A DNA stretch of 63,258 bases, filler included, from Perkinsus chesapeaki ATCC PRA-425 (taxonomy: Eukaryota > Protista > Perkinsozoa), in NCBI GenBank assembly GCA_013115145.1. It is 5 parts of 5 records of this genome, joined end to end, with 100 filler letters (N's around TTAATTAATTAA, not from the genome) between each part and the next. Parts side by side here need not be neighbours in the genome. Positions count along the whole stretch, not along the records: positions 1 to 31,039 come from JAAPAO010000427.1; positions 31,140 to 52,127 come from JAAPAO010000606.1; 3 more parts are not named here. One strand, 5' to 3'. A program made the position numbers and the translations under genes. Position 1 is the stretch's first letter, and every line of letters starts with the position of its first letter. The notes beneath the pieces were generated by a model, which saw nothing but the letters and a program-made list of their open reading frames with translations, was not told the DNA's origin and did not search any database. Of the stretch, positions 21,854 to 34,700 are shown piece by piece.

Positions 21854-23901
21854 ATGTCGAAAGCCCATCTTTGCAGCGCACTCCATAAGTTGGTATGCCT
21901 GCTAATACTCATTGGTTGCTCGGGGGATCCATCGTCGGTATTTGACCAAGTCATTGACCACTTTGGTGGCACTGGTAGGTAGCAGTGATATGATTCCACC
22001 ATTCCTCCATTTCGATAGCTTAGGTACATTTAAGCAACGCTATCTTTATTCTGATAAGTTCGTAAATGGAAAACCGCAAGTGGGTGATCATCCCTATCTC
22101 CTATCTTCTCCATTCCATCATTCTTTCGCGTAGCTCGTCATCGTTGATATCAGAGGCGAGGGCAGTGAAGTTGAAATGGGCTCTTTGGGTTTGGATGTAT
22201 TCAATGCCGGTATAAAAACGAAAAGCATCATGGTCGCTCTGGAACACAGGTGATAGATCTTTTTCTCGTGAGCCATCTTTTTCTAAGGAAGCCTTCCCCA
22301 TCAGATTTTATGGGAAATCTCGTCCGCTACTCAATCCAACGACCAAGGACCTTCTCAAGCTACTTCAGACTAGTCAAGCAGTTGCTGACCTTGTCACATT
22401 CCGCGAGTTTATCATTAAGAAATATGGCCTAAGTCATGGAGTACAGTTCGTTTTGATGGGCTGTAGCTATGCAGGGGTATCCGACAGTCAAGTATGATCA
22501 TTAAAGTTTCCCTTTCAGAGCCTAGCAGCATGGGCACGTGTTAAACATCCCGACCTATTCCTAGGAGCCGTGGCCAGCTGCCCCGTTATCGACTTACGCT
22601 ATGATTCCCCTCAGTACTTCTTAAGGGTCCTCGGCTTGTAATGTTACCTAGATACTTGATTACTATGGGAAAGGTATTTGGAGACACACGTGTTGGAGGA
22701 AGTTCAGCATGCCTCGCATTTGTATGTCAGCTTTCCATGCCTCAAACAACACCGGATCTTCAGGTACGTCGAGCGAGTGGAATAATTGAGGCTAAAATAG
22801 CTAGCTCTGCTGGTCGACGAGAAATCGAGGGACTCTTCGGACTGCGCGGGAATTATCTCGAGGATGCGAGGACAAGATTGTTATGGTCCGAACTGGAAAT
22901 AAAGCTATCTAGTATGATTGCCTCACTGTGCCCTCTTCGTTCAGGTTGAGAGACACTAATGGTCGTTATATGATTCAGTCAAATGATCCTTTTTGTACAA
23001 GTGCGCTCTGCAACATCGAAAAAAAGTGCAGTTTCATTTTTGGGAGCAATACAACAACTGAGTAGGCCAAGCCACATATCACAGGAATGCCGTTTACGAT
23101 ATTTCTCAAGTCAACAAGCTCTACAAGTTTTCAACAGCATTGGTAATTACATACCCCGCCCAGATAGGCTAGCGGATTACAACCAATATATTTCAAGGTA
23201 AGTTTTGGTATACCAACGACCACTAGCAGTAATCTGTTCTGTAGACTGAAAGACAAGTCGGAGGTTTCTGACGTGAGATTCAATCAATTCCAAGCCTGTT
23301 CCCAGTGGGCCCTATTTCGTTCGTGCGACTCCAGCAATCAATGCCCATTCATTCGAGAACCGAGACCTCTGGAAATCGATCAAGCGGTTTGCCATGATGC
23401 GTTCGGCTTGTCCGAAGATGATGTAATCAACTTGATGAAGTGACGTAGCTGTGAACTACTATAACATTCAGGTGAGAGCGAAGCTCGCTAAAGAGCAGAA
23501 GGATTTCGGGGGTGCCGGCCTCAATGGAACTACAAACATTCTCGTGATACTGGGAGGTATGGACCCCTGGAACGCCGCTGGTAGAATCGGCACTTCTACC
23601 CACAAAGGACCGATACAAATGGAGGTAAGGATCTGAAGGATGCCTTATCATGTTTGTAGCTCTCCTAGTCCTCACGCTACGAGACTCGGGACCAAACGGA
23701 AGTTTCTTAGGTACCATTGGGCAGCCACTGTTACTGGGCAAGACCTGGGGCGACGAGGCTTGATGGAGTGAAGTAGGGATTATCGATATGTACCCTATCG
23801 GTATTATGCATTCCACTTTCAGGCAGATTCTCAGTCAGACTCTTACGACCATTCAGTCGTGGGTTAAGGGTAATGATCCTTTGCCTCCGGTATTCATCTA
23901 G
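21854..23901 (+). CDS. Secreted serine carboxypeptidase, family S28 (multi-exon)
   Basis: Signal MSKAHLCSALHKLVCLLILIGCSG; FDQVIDHF; TFKQRY; ALEHRFYGKS; nucleophile GCSYAG|SLAAWARVKHP; NILVILGGMDPW; LGSHC; intron 23423-23471 removes an apparent stop. Confidence 0.88.
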
Positions 23902-24354
23902 CAGGAAAGAAACCCACCGGTGTGCTTCGCCGCAGTCAACTTTCATGCTTGGCATCCTGATAGAGCTTCAGCGCCTTTAGTTCAGGCTCTGGCCGGTTTG
24001 CCTTCACTCAGCTCCTTTTTGAAGAGGCTCAAGCGTTTTACGTTTTGTCGTTGCTGAGTTTTACAGAGTCGTTGGACATGCATCGATTGATTTTGTGGTT
24101 GCCTGGCCAATTAGCTTTCATGGCCATCCCTCAGCAATCACGCTTTCGCCGTCTTTTATACTGGGTGTATCTCTTTGCTGAGTAGGCGTCGTACGCCTAG
24201 GGTCTAGATTATGTCCCGTTTGAGATGAAGTAATTGTTGAGTTCGTAACGAGTTCACTAAACAACTTGCAAACTTGCGCCGCCTTACAGGAATAAGTTAC
24301 ATAACGAGTATTCATAACGTGAAAGGATTTATCCGACAAGTGATCTCAATGAGA

Positions 24355-24586
24355 TGTTATCCGAGGAATATTTTCAGGAGAATGCNNNNNNNNNNNNNNN
24401 NNNNNNNNNNNNNNNNNNNNNNNNNNNNNNNNNNNNNNNNNNNNNNNNNNNNNNNNNNNNNNNNNNNNNNNNNNNNNNNNNTTGCTCTCCGAGAATATTT
24501 TCAGGGGAATGCTCTCCGAGAATATTTTCAGGGGAATGCTCTCCGAGAATATTTTCAGGGGAATGCTCTCCGAGAATATTTTCTGG
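24355..24586 (+). repeat. 27-bp tandem repeat spanning an assembly gap
   Basis: gctctccgagaatattttcaggggaat repeated about 4x after the gap, with a diverged copy before it. Confidence 0.9.
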
Positions 24587-24840
24587 ACAAAAACTGATTC
24601 AACGCCAACTTGAGTTTCTCCAATCAGAAAGCATCTGAACAACCATTATCGCGAAGACTCCTCTGGGAGGAGGGGACCCCTCGAAGGCAGTTGACTGAAT
24701 TATGAGATATATTTTATATCACACTGCCCAGTGTGACACTGGGCTCGTACGTAGATCCCGATTCCTTATAAAATAATATACCTGTTATTCCACCTCATAT
24801 ATCCGTTCCCCATTTTGATCAACACAACTACAGAGTGACT

Positions 24841-27002
24841 TTAAGTGGTATCAGCAGCCAATTGACCCTCAACCAACCCAAACAGTCTGCTCAGATGCTC
24901 GCATTGATGTCGATGCGTGTCACTCATTACTTGTATCACTTGATGGAGAGGAGATGCGACTCCTACCATGAAACAATTTCATGGCGCGCAAGAAATTAAC
25001 ACGCACCTTTAGTTTGCTGCGGTGATGAATTCTCATGTGCAATAGCGACTGACTCCATTTGCTTCAGAATTTTCGCCTGAAAATGTTGTTTCGCTCCGCC
25101 TACCAAGTGTGACATCTTTACCTGATTTATCTGTTGATTCTGCATAGTCTTGACCAACTGTAAAAGGCTCGTCAGCTGTGCCTTTGACGCCGATTCCTTC
25201 CCTTTTCGCTAAACAATATTAAAATCTAATATCCTTTCAGAGCCATCCATATCCCCACCAACGACATGGATTACAAACATCTCTTTCAGTTCAGCCGCGA
25301 AGTTGCCCTGCTAAACCTTTAAAATGCTATTTGGAACTGCCCCCTGGATTGATCCCACAGACATAGCAGTATGGGTGCATCCGAATATATTATAATACCG
25401 ATATCATACTAAATAGTATTAAGTGAATACACTTAATAGGTTATCACTTTGGATCATCTCATTAAACTATCCTATTCATATTCAATATGTTGGGACTTTG
25501 TTGCCATAAAGGTTTAATTATCAGCTATAAAAAAAGCTCGAAAATGCACATAAAAAGTATTTTGGGTGTTCGGATTCGGTGACTTGGATCCCATGATAAG
25601 AGACATTTCTAAGGTATATAACGAAGGCATTGAGTGAAAACTCGCTGTACTTCAGATATAAATCGATTGTCAAGAAGCGCGCGTTCTAGATGACGCGGAC
25701 AGCCTCCGCTCACCTTTGCCCTCTGCTTTGGCTTCGCTACACTTCGTTCTTCATCTCCAGCTCCAACCTAAGATACGTCCTCAATATAGTCAATCTTGTT
25801 TGTGAAATACCTCTCCATTCTGTACACCAACTGATGGCATAGGGACATCACCATCCGCAGTGTCGACTGACATCGCCGAGGAAGTGGGGTCAACTTCGCG
25901 GAGAACAACATAATCCTCTAAAATAGAAAAGAGAGGGAGTATCAAGTAGATTGCTATCCGCACTCGAATGCTCCACTAAAACCAAAGGCCATTTCAGACG
26001 TGAGAGGAGTCGAGGCAGCGAAAACGCGCTTGACGTTCCTTCATCAACCAGTTAGCTTTGGTCCACGGGCCGCAAAAAAGGGCACAATTCCAGTGGCCGA
26101 AGTGATTCATTATTTGATGAGCCCCATACTTACTATACGAGAATTCTGGTTCATCCAAAGGTTTAACAAACTTCACTCCACTGTAGGCCAACACTTCTAC
26201 AATCTCGAACGCCTAAGAACGCCACTAAACCACGGAATTGATATCGAATAATACTACAAGTAGTGTTAGTAATTAGTATAAGTATTAATAGTACTACAAG
26301 TAGTGTTAGTAATTAGTATAAGTATTAATAGTACTACATAGTACAATTGTTTATATATATCAATATACACCGTCCATATCAAGTCTAAGTTTGCCACTTA
26401 TTGCGCTCAACTAAAAAATGACAAAAAATCGAAAAGGAATGCAAATCCCTTGAAGATAAAAAATGTACACCCAGCCAGAATTTCGAGACTTCATCGTACT
26501 GGTTGTGCACAAATTGTGGAAGAGCAAGATAGGCTACCTGATCGAAGGCTTTGATGAAGTTCAAAATGGTATCGAATCCAATCATATTAATGCTGAGGGG
26601 AATGTTCCACTTGTTGTAGAAAGCTTCTTCAACTGCTCGTAATGGTATACCCTCACTCTTCTTGCTAACATCTCGACTAACAGTCTTTTGGGCCTACGAA
26701 AAAAATTGATAATAAAAACATACTGGTAGCGTATGGGGAATATCGGTGGGAGCTTTTCTGATTCCCGAAATTATTCTTAATAATGAATTCACTGATGCTC
26801 GAAGATGATGCTGAAATCTAACACTATTTTACGGAATTCCCTCAAAACCCTTTCCCCTCCGCACCGAATGTAGGCGAGCACATTCACACAGACCTATCAG
26901 CTCGACCTAGAATCGTACAAGTGTCGGCGGAGCGAAGCTGCTGCTGCTGCTGCTCACCTTCATTGCCTCAACAAGTGCTACGTGCATCGCCTGTGCTACC
27001 AT
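24841..27002 (-). CDS. OST-HTH/LOTUS-domain protein (multi-exon)
   Basis: MVAQAMHVALVEAMK|AQKT...SEGIPLRAVEEAFYNKWNIPLSINMIGFDTILNFIKAFDQ|AFEIV fits the LOTUS consensus (G.L..L...Y...Y...L....GF..L..FL); downstream exons low-complexity; 3' exon chain less certain. Confidence 0.6.
26252..26338 (+). repeat. 40-bp AT-rich tandem repeat x2.2 (intronic)
   Basis: tactacaagtagtgttagtaattagtataagtattaatag starts at 26252 and 26292. Confidence 0.9.
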
Positions 27003-27387
27003 TGACACTGTCTTGCTGGATGGTGTAGGGAACTCTGTTGAACATACCATACCAACCGAAGTTGTAACTAAATAGATGTAGCTCACTGAGTAAAACTGAA
27101 GATACAATCGATATGTACTTGACAATATATGGTCATCTTACACTTTAAAAGTGTGACGCCTGGCGAATGAACTTGACGATTGGCGAATAACTTTCGATGA
27201 TCAAGTCGTGACAGAAATTAGAATGAGAAGTAAATCTATCCGCTAGACCATCGTGGCACCCAATGGTCGCCAAGTCTTGCAGGATGACAACTTCTGCAGA
27301 TTCGGAGCAGTCGGAAATTTCATAGTTATCGGTTATCTGTACATTTTAGAAATAATGTCCTCCACTTAATGAACCTTTATCGAAAGC

Positions 27388-30300
27388 TCACAAATTTCTT
27401 GTTCTTTCTAGGTAGAAATGAGCCTCAAATTCCACCGTAAGAAATCCATCACTCTTACCGCCATCGTTATACCCTCCCAACCTCCTCCGCTTCGCCGCAT
27501 AGTCTCGCCTAATAATTAAGTGCCATTAAACTGTATAACAACGGCAGGCACCCACCAATGCTCCATTCGCCTTTCATAGGCAATCGCCTGATCTTTGCCG
27601 CTTCGCTCCGCCTGCTCAAACACCTCATCAGGGAGCCTCTCCTCAAGGCTAACTGGTCGGGTAGGGGGAATTGGACCGGAAGGATTCCTGGAAGGTTGAT
27701 TGACAAGCACCCCATGAGCGTATCTTACCGTCCCACTGGCTCGTTCGGTGGTGACATTGATGCATTCGGAGCTGTCGGGGGAGGAGGCAGACCTTCGCGA
27801 AGGCTGAATCAATAGAGTGGAGATAAAGGTAGGGTTCAACGTCATAAGTCACAACTTGTGACTCACAAGGAGAGACATAAACAATGAATTTAATAATAAT
27901 TGCAGACATTCCCTATCTAACTCCTTTCTATTATATCTCCTCCTCCATATCACTAGTAACATATTTCCTATCAAACTCCTTTCTATTATATCTCCTCCTC
28001 CGTATCACTAGTAACATATTTCCTATCAAACTCCTTTCTATTATATCTCCTCCTCCGTATCACTATTAACATATTTCCTATCAAGCCCTCTGTGACCACC
28101 CGCAAGCATTATTACTGTGTTCGCTGTTGCCATGCTGCTGCTGCTGCAGTTGGTAGTGAGGAGGACCCCACCGTTCCTGTCACCGGCTGAGTAGCTCTAG
28201 AATCATAGTATCTGATAAGTGATGAATTCATAAGGCCGATGATGATGATGTCAATGACAAGAGATTAGATATGCTCCGACGCAGCGCTAGAGGCATAGTG
28301 CCAGATATTCCCTATTTTACTATCATCAGCACTACTATTAAAAGTATCACCCATTAATAAAATGTATAATAATATTTTGATAAGCTATTGTTAATTATCA
28401 GTATTAATAAACCACATAATGCACTCGTTAAAGAAGCGTTCATTCACACTACTAAGCTCTCAAGTACACATTATAATGTCTTCATTCTCGTGCTGCTTAT
28501 TATAAAGAGAATGCGCATTGCTTCCTCCTTCTCAACCTGTCTAATACCATATCATCCCAATTAATATAAGCCACTAAGCCAAAGTATTCCCAACCATCTA
28601 TATAAATCCATACGTAGATGACCTTCTATGACCATGATTGACCATCAAACCAAATTATTTAAAATGAACAGATGCGGGGCCATCCAGAGGCTCTATCTAC
28701 TTTCACCCGCCTCATGGGCTCAAGTTCAACTTGTAGATTTCAACTACCAAGGTGTTCGCCTACCCACCAGCCATGTACACCCACCTACCCTTTCCCCCCT
28801 CTGGAGCCTTTACCCTTCCCTTGCTGTGACCCCGTTGATGGCTGCTGCTGCTGTTGGTCTCCACCACCGTGAAAGCCTGCCGTATAACCAGTTGAGCTCG
28901 ATGAGCTCGATGATGAAGAAGAAGCACCAGTAGCAGCAGCACCATACCAGTTGCTGAGGAAAATACTAATAATAATCAACAACTTCAATAAAAAAGTCGT
29001 AATAAGAGTTTTTCGTAGCTATAATGATCATCATAGAGAAATAAATGTAATTGAGTCAAATAATAAGCGTAAGCTGGTCCAAGTGATTCTAATAGGGAGA
29101 CCCATACAACCATAACACGCTTCTATGGTATAGTATGGCTTATACCTTCATACCCTACACTAACAATGCTATCACATATGGCCCTTTTACGCCAAACTTT
29201 AACATTTACAAAGAATCCTTTTCAAGATCATCTCGTAGCATACTCATATCTCCGCACCATAACCACATTTCCCTTTATACTTACCTTTTATTTCCCCCAC
29301 TTGCCAGCCCTCCTCTACCACTCTTTCCCCAACTTCCCCCCTTATATCGTCCATGTGGCCCCCAACTGCTATTCCCAACTTGACCACCTTCCCACTCTGC
29401 CGAGGCCTCTCCAGACTTCTGCTGCTGCTGCTGCTGCCATGAGTTCCCTCCAGTCGTATTGTCCCACTCACCACCAGTGTTCTTCCAGCCACTACCACCG
29501 TGCTGAAAAATTAACACTTACAGCGGAGCGAAGCTAACATTTTATCAATACGAACAATACGGTATGAAAACAACTAATAACATCTTTATCCCCACAAGAA
29601 AACAAGCCCATCGTCAGAAATGAGATCCTCTCTTATTGCAACTTTTGCCGCTTACCGATCGTCCACCCTTTCCCTTAGCCGCTCGATTACGGTCCTCTTC
29701 CTCTATAATTTGATGAACCATCTCATAGGCTATTTGAGGAGTTCTATCACTGAGAAGCATTTTACGCTTTTTCCATCAGAAAAGACAGACCAGATATTAC
29801 TTCTCAATTCCGTGAAGCTCCAGCTGTAATGGTTCATCGGAGGCCGGATGATTACCCTTTTGCTTCACCCCTCTACCCATAACAGTTATATTACGGCAAC
29901 CTAAGTTGATAATATTCCCGTCACTCACATATTACGACTTTTACTACTAAGGTTCGATATTGAATATACTACTGAAGAAAAGTGAGGTAACGAACAACGA
30001 AAGAAATGCTGAATTTTTCAAAATTTACAGCACCGTAGACGCGAGAAACCTGCTGCAAGCAGTCTCGTCTTCCCCCACCAAACCACTACAACTTGCAGTG
30101 TTCAACACTGGCTTTGCTGACGACTGCTTGGCTGCGTATAGTCTACAAGCTGCCAAGCAATCGTCAGGAAATCCAAAAGCGCTTCGCTAAAATTTCGTAG
30201 GAGTTTTGACGGCATATACGCCAGTAGTAATATCATTAAACAGTAGAACATGAAGAATTAGAAATAGATTACTCCCACCTCCCCATTAGCACCAGCTTTC

Positions 30301-30473
30301 TGAGATATCTGTTTAAGCCTCCTGGCCGCATTGCCCAATAACAACCCAACAATGGCCGATTCCCCTCCAAGATGAGGGAATCTATCCACATCTATGAGAA
30401 CTTGTGCCATCGATCCATCCTGGTGTTGATCGCTGCGTGGTGGGCCAGTAGGTGGGCCAGGCGGCGGTGACAT
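27388..30473 (-). CDS. SF1/STAR-type KH-domain RNA-binding protein with Gly/Trp-rich and Pro-rich low-complexity tail (multi-exon)
   Basis: VDRFPHLGGESAIVGLLLGNAARRLKQISQKA|GCRNITVMGRG...DEPLQLELHG; phase-consistent exon chain through the GW-rich exon (~29285-29505) to ...YERRMEHW|RDYAAKRRRL...NL*; exons 3' of 28787 less certain. Confidence 0.7.
27912..28084 (+). repeat. 55-bp tandem repeat x3 (intronic)
   Basis: ctcctttctattatatctcctcctccgtatcactagtaacatatttcctatcaaa units start at 27921, 27976, 28031. Confidence 0.9.
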
Positions 30474-31039
30474 AAAGCTGGATCAAAGAAAGATTACCAC
30501 CCTCAGGGCCATCTAACAAAGGTGTTATTTGGTAAACGATTCACGGTACTATAGAGCCCTAGGACTGGTTTCGTGCTCAGAGACCGCAGAGCTTGGCTGG
30601 TCGTAAGCGACACTGCTACTATGTTTGTGAGACTTCCCCAGCTGAGCCCTGAAATCCAGCGAGGATCCCGAATGATCCTGTAAAGTAGCTGTAAGATGTC
30701 CTGAATCGCCCCTACCACTTTCCTCCATCACCGTATATATTACAAACCACTAACACACTAGCAGAGCTAGTTACCGCCTAACCGTACTTGCACCCCTTCA
30801 AAGGCTCACTGATGATGTTTTATCAAATATAATTGACACCATCGAATGTCTCTCCTCTCTACAAGGTTATGGTAAGAAGCCTTCAACAGGGCATACCTCA
30901 CCGCTCGAGTAACATCATTTATTCTTCCTTTACTTTTATTATAATGAATTAACCTGACCCACAGCCTACTACACCATTTCAAGATCTAATTAGTAAAAGC
31001 CAAGACCAAATTAGTTAAAGCCCAGAACAAATTAATATA

Positions 31040-31139
31040 NNNNNNNNNNNNNNNNNNNNNNNNNNNNNNNNNNNNNNNNNNNNTTAATTAATTAANNNNN
31101 NNNNNNNNNNNNNNNNNNNNNNNNNNNNNNNNNNNNNNN
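31040..31139. other. Assembly contig linker (artificial); also at 52128-52227, 59149-59248, 60379-60478
   Basis: N-run + TTAATTAATTAA (stops in all six frames) + N-run, same layout four times. Confidence 0.95.
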
Positions 31140-31741
31140 GTTGTGTTATATAATACTTCCTTGCCGTCTTGCGATTTCACCTACACTCGCAGATTCCTGC
31201 TACGCTGACCAATCATGGCAGTGCGCATAGATATTCTCGCTCGCCCTAAAATTATTCTCCGATTCGTGGGCCGTCTCTTTCAACTGACCGTTGCCATTGA
31301 ATGCGCCTACTCTTTAGCTGAGTTGTTGTGAGGCGAGTTGCTAACATTGCTAAACCAATCAAATGGAATACCAGCCGTTGAATCTGAAACTCATTTGTTG
31401 AGCGCTGAATCTTATTTTGCACGTGTTATCTAAGGTAGAAATAGTAGTACACGTATCTTAGGTTGTCCCATGCATTTCCAACGGTGAATATAGCACATGT
31501 CTATACCGACCATTTACCTTTGTTCAAATATCGTCGTTATATCAGTCTTGCACATCCCATCTTTTAATCGAATTTTCGGATTCGGCATCTTCAGACCATC
31601 TCGGCATTCCTCCTAATAGGTGTTGTTATCTTCCGACACTGGGACAGTCTTGTTCAACGCAGTCTGCCAGATCACCCATAGCTCACTCACCAGTACAGCT
31701 TTCATTTCAACTCTCAGATTTCCATTGATAACTTCCCTCAA

Positions 31742-34700
31742 ATGGAGAAGTCACCTCCGCCCAAATCGGTCACCTCCGAGGCCCTCGTGACAACCGATCT
31801 GTCCAAGGCTATGCCTAAGCGAATGGTTCACAGACAAGTGGGCGCGCTACTCAGAAAGAACTTCATATTGAAAATGCGAAGCTGGAAATGCAGTTGCTGC
31901 GAGATCTTGCTTCCCATCATCCTCTCCTGGTTGATTTTCCAGCTTCCTGGTCTACTCGGTCTCGACTTTCAACGAACCGAGGTGATCGAGGCCGACCCGG
32001 TGGGATCTGATGGCTTCCCGCGAGCACAGGACTTTGACGCCGACTTCCTGGACGACACCAGACGGTTCGGCATCTTCCGTCGCCAACCCACGGCTGACAT
32101 GGGACAATCTTGTTGGTGTAAAACACTTGCAATCGTAGCTAAAGGTGTCAGAAAAAATGAACTCGCCGATGATTTAAAGACGTACTTTGAAAACGAGTAC
32201 CAACGACTAGAAGAAGACGTTGTTAACGCGTCAGGATACAACTTTACGTACCACTGGCAGCTCGGGGATTCCTATGTGCCCGGCTTTGTCCAAGGTGGCT
32301 ACGGTGACAGCGACGCCCGGAAAATATTTCTTACCAACTGGGCGCAATGCGGCTCTTGGAACACAAAAACGTTATTCAGAATTTTTGAAGATGAAGATAT
32401 GCTTCAGACTTATATAGAAGACGAGGACTATGGCTCCTCAGTGGAGACTGGCTCGGGCGCGGAGAGAGGCGCTGACCCGAAGGCATGGGACAGACTTTGT
32501 GGCGCAGTTGTGCTGGAAAACGACGTGCTTCGCGATACCAACCCCGAGTTCAAAATCAGACTGAATGCGAGCATCGGTCGAACCGTTACTTGGATAACAC
32601 GGACGGCGTTGGAGGACGATCCACGGGGAATCGAGCGCCACACTGATGACGAATCTGCCCGTCATTTTTACATTCGCAACAGTTTCCTGGGAATACAGTT
32701 GTTGGTGCAACGCTTCATCAGTAGCAGGCACGAGGCGGTTAATGCGACTATGCGGAGCTCGATGAGCGTGCCTGGCGCTGACATAAATGATGAAAACAAA
32801 TCCATCTTCAAACGTGCCTGGCTGGTGCCCTTTCCGGTGGAGCCTTACTGGTCCTCAGATGGCCTCGGTCTCATCAGCGATCTCACTTGGTTGGTCGTCT
32901 TTGCCTTCTCCGCCTCGGTGAGCGTGCAGATCTCCAGACTTATACGAGAGAAGGAGATGAGGCTTCGAGAGATTATGAGGATGATGGGTTTAATGGACGC
33001 GTCGTATTACCTCTCATGGTTGATAACGCAGATTCTAACGTGGCTGGTGATATGTCTGGCCATCTCATTGGTGATGCAAGCTGGTACATATAAGCATTCT
33101 TCATATGGCTTGGTATTCCTCTTGAACATCACCTTCGGCCTTTCAAGCATGTCCTTTGCCTTCCTCATGTCGGCCATTTTCACTCGTGAGCGTGTCGGCG
33201 CTGTGATTGGCTTTTTTGTGTACCTTTCCGGCCTGTTCATCCCCGTGGCCGACTACGCCTCCGCGTCGACCAAGAACTTTATGTCGCTGATACCGATCGT
33301 TGGTTTCCGGCAAGGTCTGGGTGTTGTTGGGTACCTCGAGGAGACCTACGGCGGTCTGACCGCGGACACTGCCGGAGTTGACTACAGGAACTACTCGTTC
33401 GTCCAGTCTGTCGGCATGAATCTCGTGGCTGCCGTGTTGTGGTGGGTTGTGTACTATTATGTGGATCAGACAAACCCGTTTCAAGTGGGTTTCAAAAGGC
33501 CCTTTTACTTCCCCTTCCAGAAGTCATACTGGCTCGAGTGCTTCATCGGCGAGGAATTGTTTCAAGCTGATGACGAGACTGATAATGGTGACACGGGTGG
33601 TGACACGGTACCTAGAGAGGTTCTGGACGGAGCGAAAGAAGCGCTGAGGAGAGCAGGAAAATGCGTTGAGATTTCCGGTCTCTGCAAAAGCTTTAAGGGC
33701 CCCTCTGGAGAGACCATCTCCGCTGTTAAGGACCTTTTTATGGCGATGTACGAAGGTGAGATTTTCGCCTTGCTCGGCCACAACGGTGCTGGAAAGACGA
33801 CCACCATGGGAGCCATTACAGGCTTCCTGGCGCCTACGTCTGGTAAGGTCAGTGTGTACGGCCTGAAGGTGCCCAAGGACATGGCGGCGATAAGACGTAT
33901 CACAGGCGTGTGTCCCCAGCATAACGCTCTCTGGCCCGAGTTGACCGCGCAGGAGCACCTCGATTGCTTTGGTGGCATCCGAGGGCTCGACAGAGGCTCG
34001 AAGGCTTTCAAAGATTCCTGTGATCATCTTTTGCTTGAAGTGGGTCTTGGTGGTCGGAAGGACTTCCGGTCCGACAGTCTCAGTGGTGGTATGCAGCGCA
34101 AGCTGTCAGTGGCCATCGCCTTCGTTGGGGACCCGAAGCTCGTCATACTGGATGAGCCGACTTCGGGAATGGACCCGTATGCTCGCCGGACCACCTGGGA
34201 CCTTCTCAAGGCCCGAAGGCCGGGAAGGATTATATGCCTCACTACGCACTATATGGACGAAGCTGACGTGTTGGGGGACAGAATCGCTATAATGAGCCGA
34301 GGGCAGCTGAAGTGTCTGGGCTCATCTAGCTTTTTGAAGAAGTGTTATGGGTGTGGTTATGTGTTAAGCTTTGTGAAGCAACAGGAAGGCAAAGGAGCTG
34401 ATGCTGAGGTGGTTGAGTATCTGAAGAAGAGGATCTCCGATAAGAGCCTGCTCGGACAAGTAAGTCTCGCTTTTAGCGAATCGCTCATCCATGGGGTCAC
34501 CTGGTAGTGAATATCTTTTCGACAAGTGCATCTGTGGTCTTGTGGCAGTTCAGCGTACATACAGTTAATACATATACGTTGTGTATACATAGTTACCTGG
34601 CCAATCCATTGGCCACTGTCTAAGGTGGACGTAGTCGCGCTTGAGGAGAGATATCCAGTTTATGTGGGGTCCCCAGAAGTTGAGTGCAGGGAGCGGGTGT

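Noticed and set aside
23420-23472. Apparent stop/frameshift in the S28 gene
   Set aside because: Removed by a 49-bp in-phase GT-AG intron (23423-23471)
24355-24586. 27-bp repeat as CRISPR array or repetitive protein
   Set aside because: Head-to-tail identical units with no spacers, no cas genes, eukaryotic context; ORFs stay open only because the unit is a multiple of 3
24726-24744. Perfect palindrome gcccagtgt-g-acactgggc as terminator
   Set aside because: Eukaryotic context, no U-tract; short palindromes like this arise by chance or from TE remnants
31084-31095. TTAATTAATTAA palindrome repeated four times
   Set aside because: Artificial contig separator between N-runs
31917-34292. Many 60-170 aa ORFs overlapping ABCA exon 1 on other frames
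   Set aside because: Shadow ORFs of a long coding exon; no motifs
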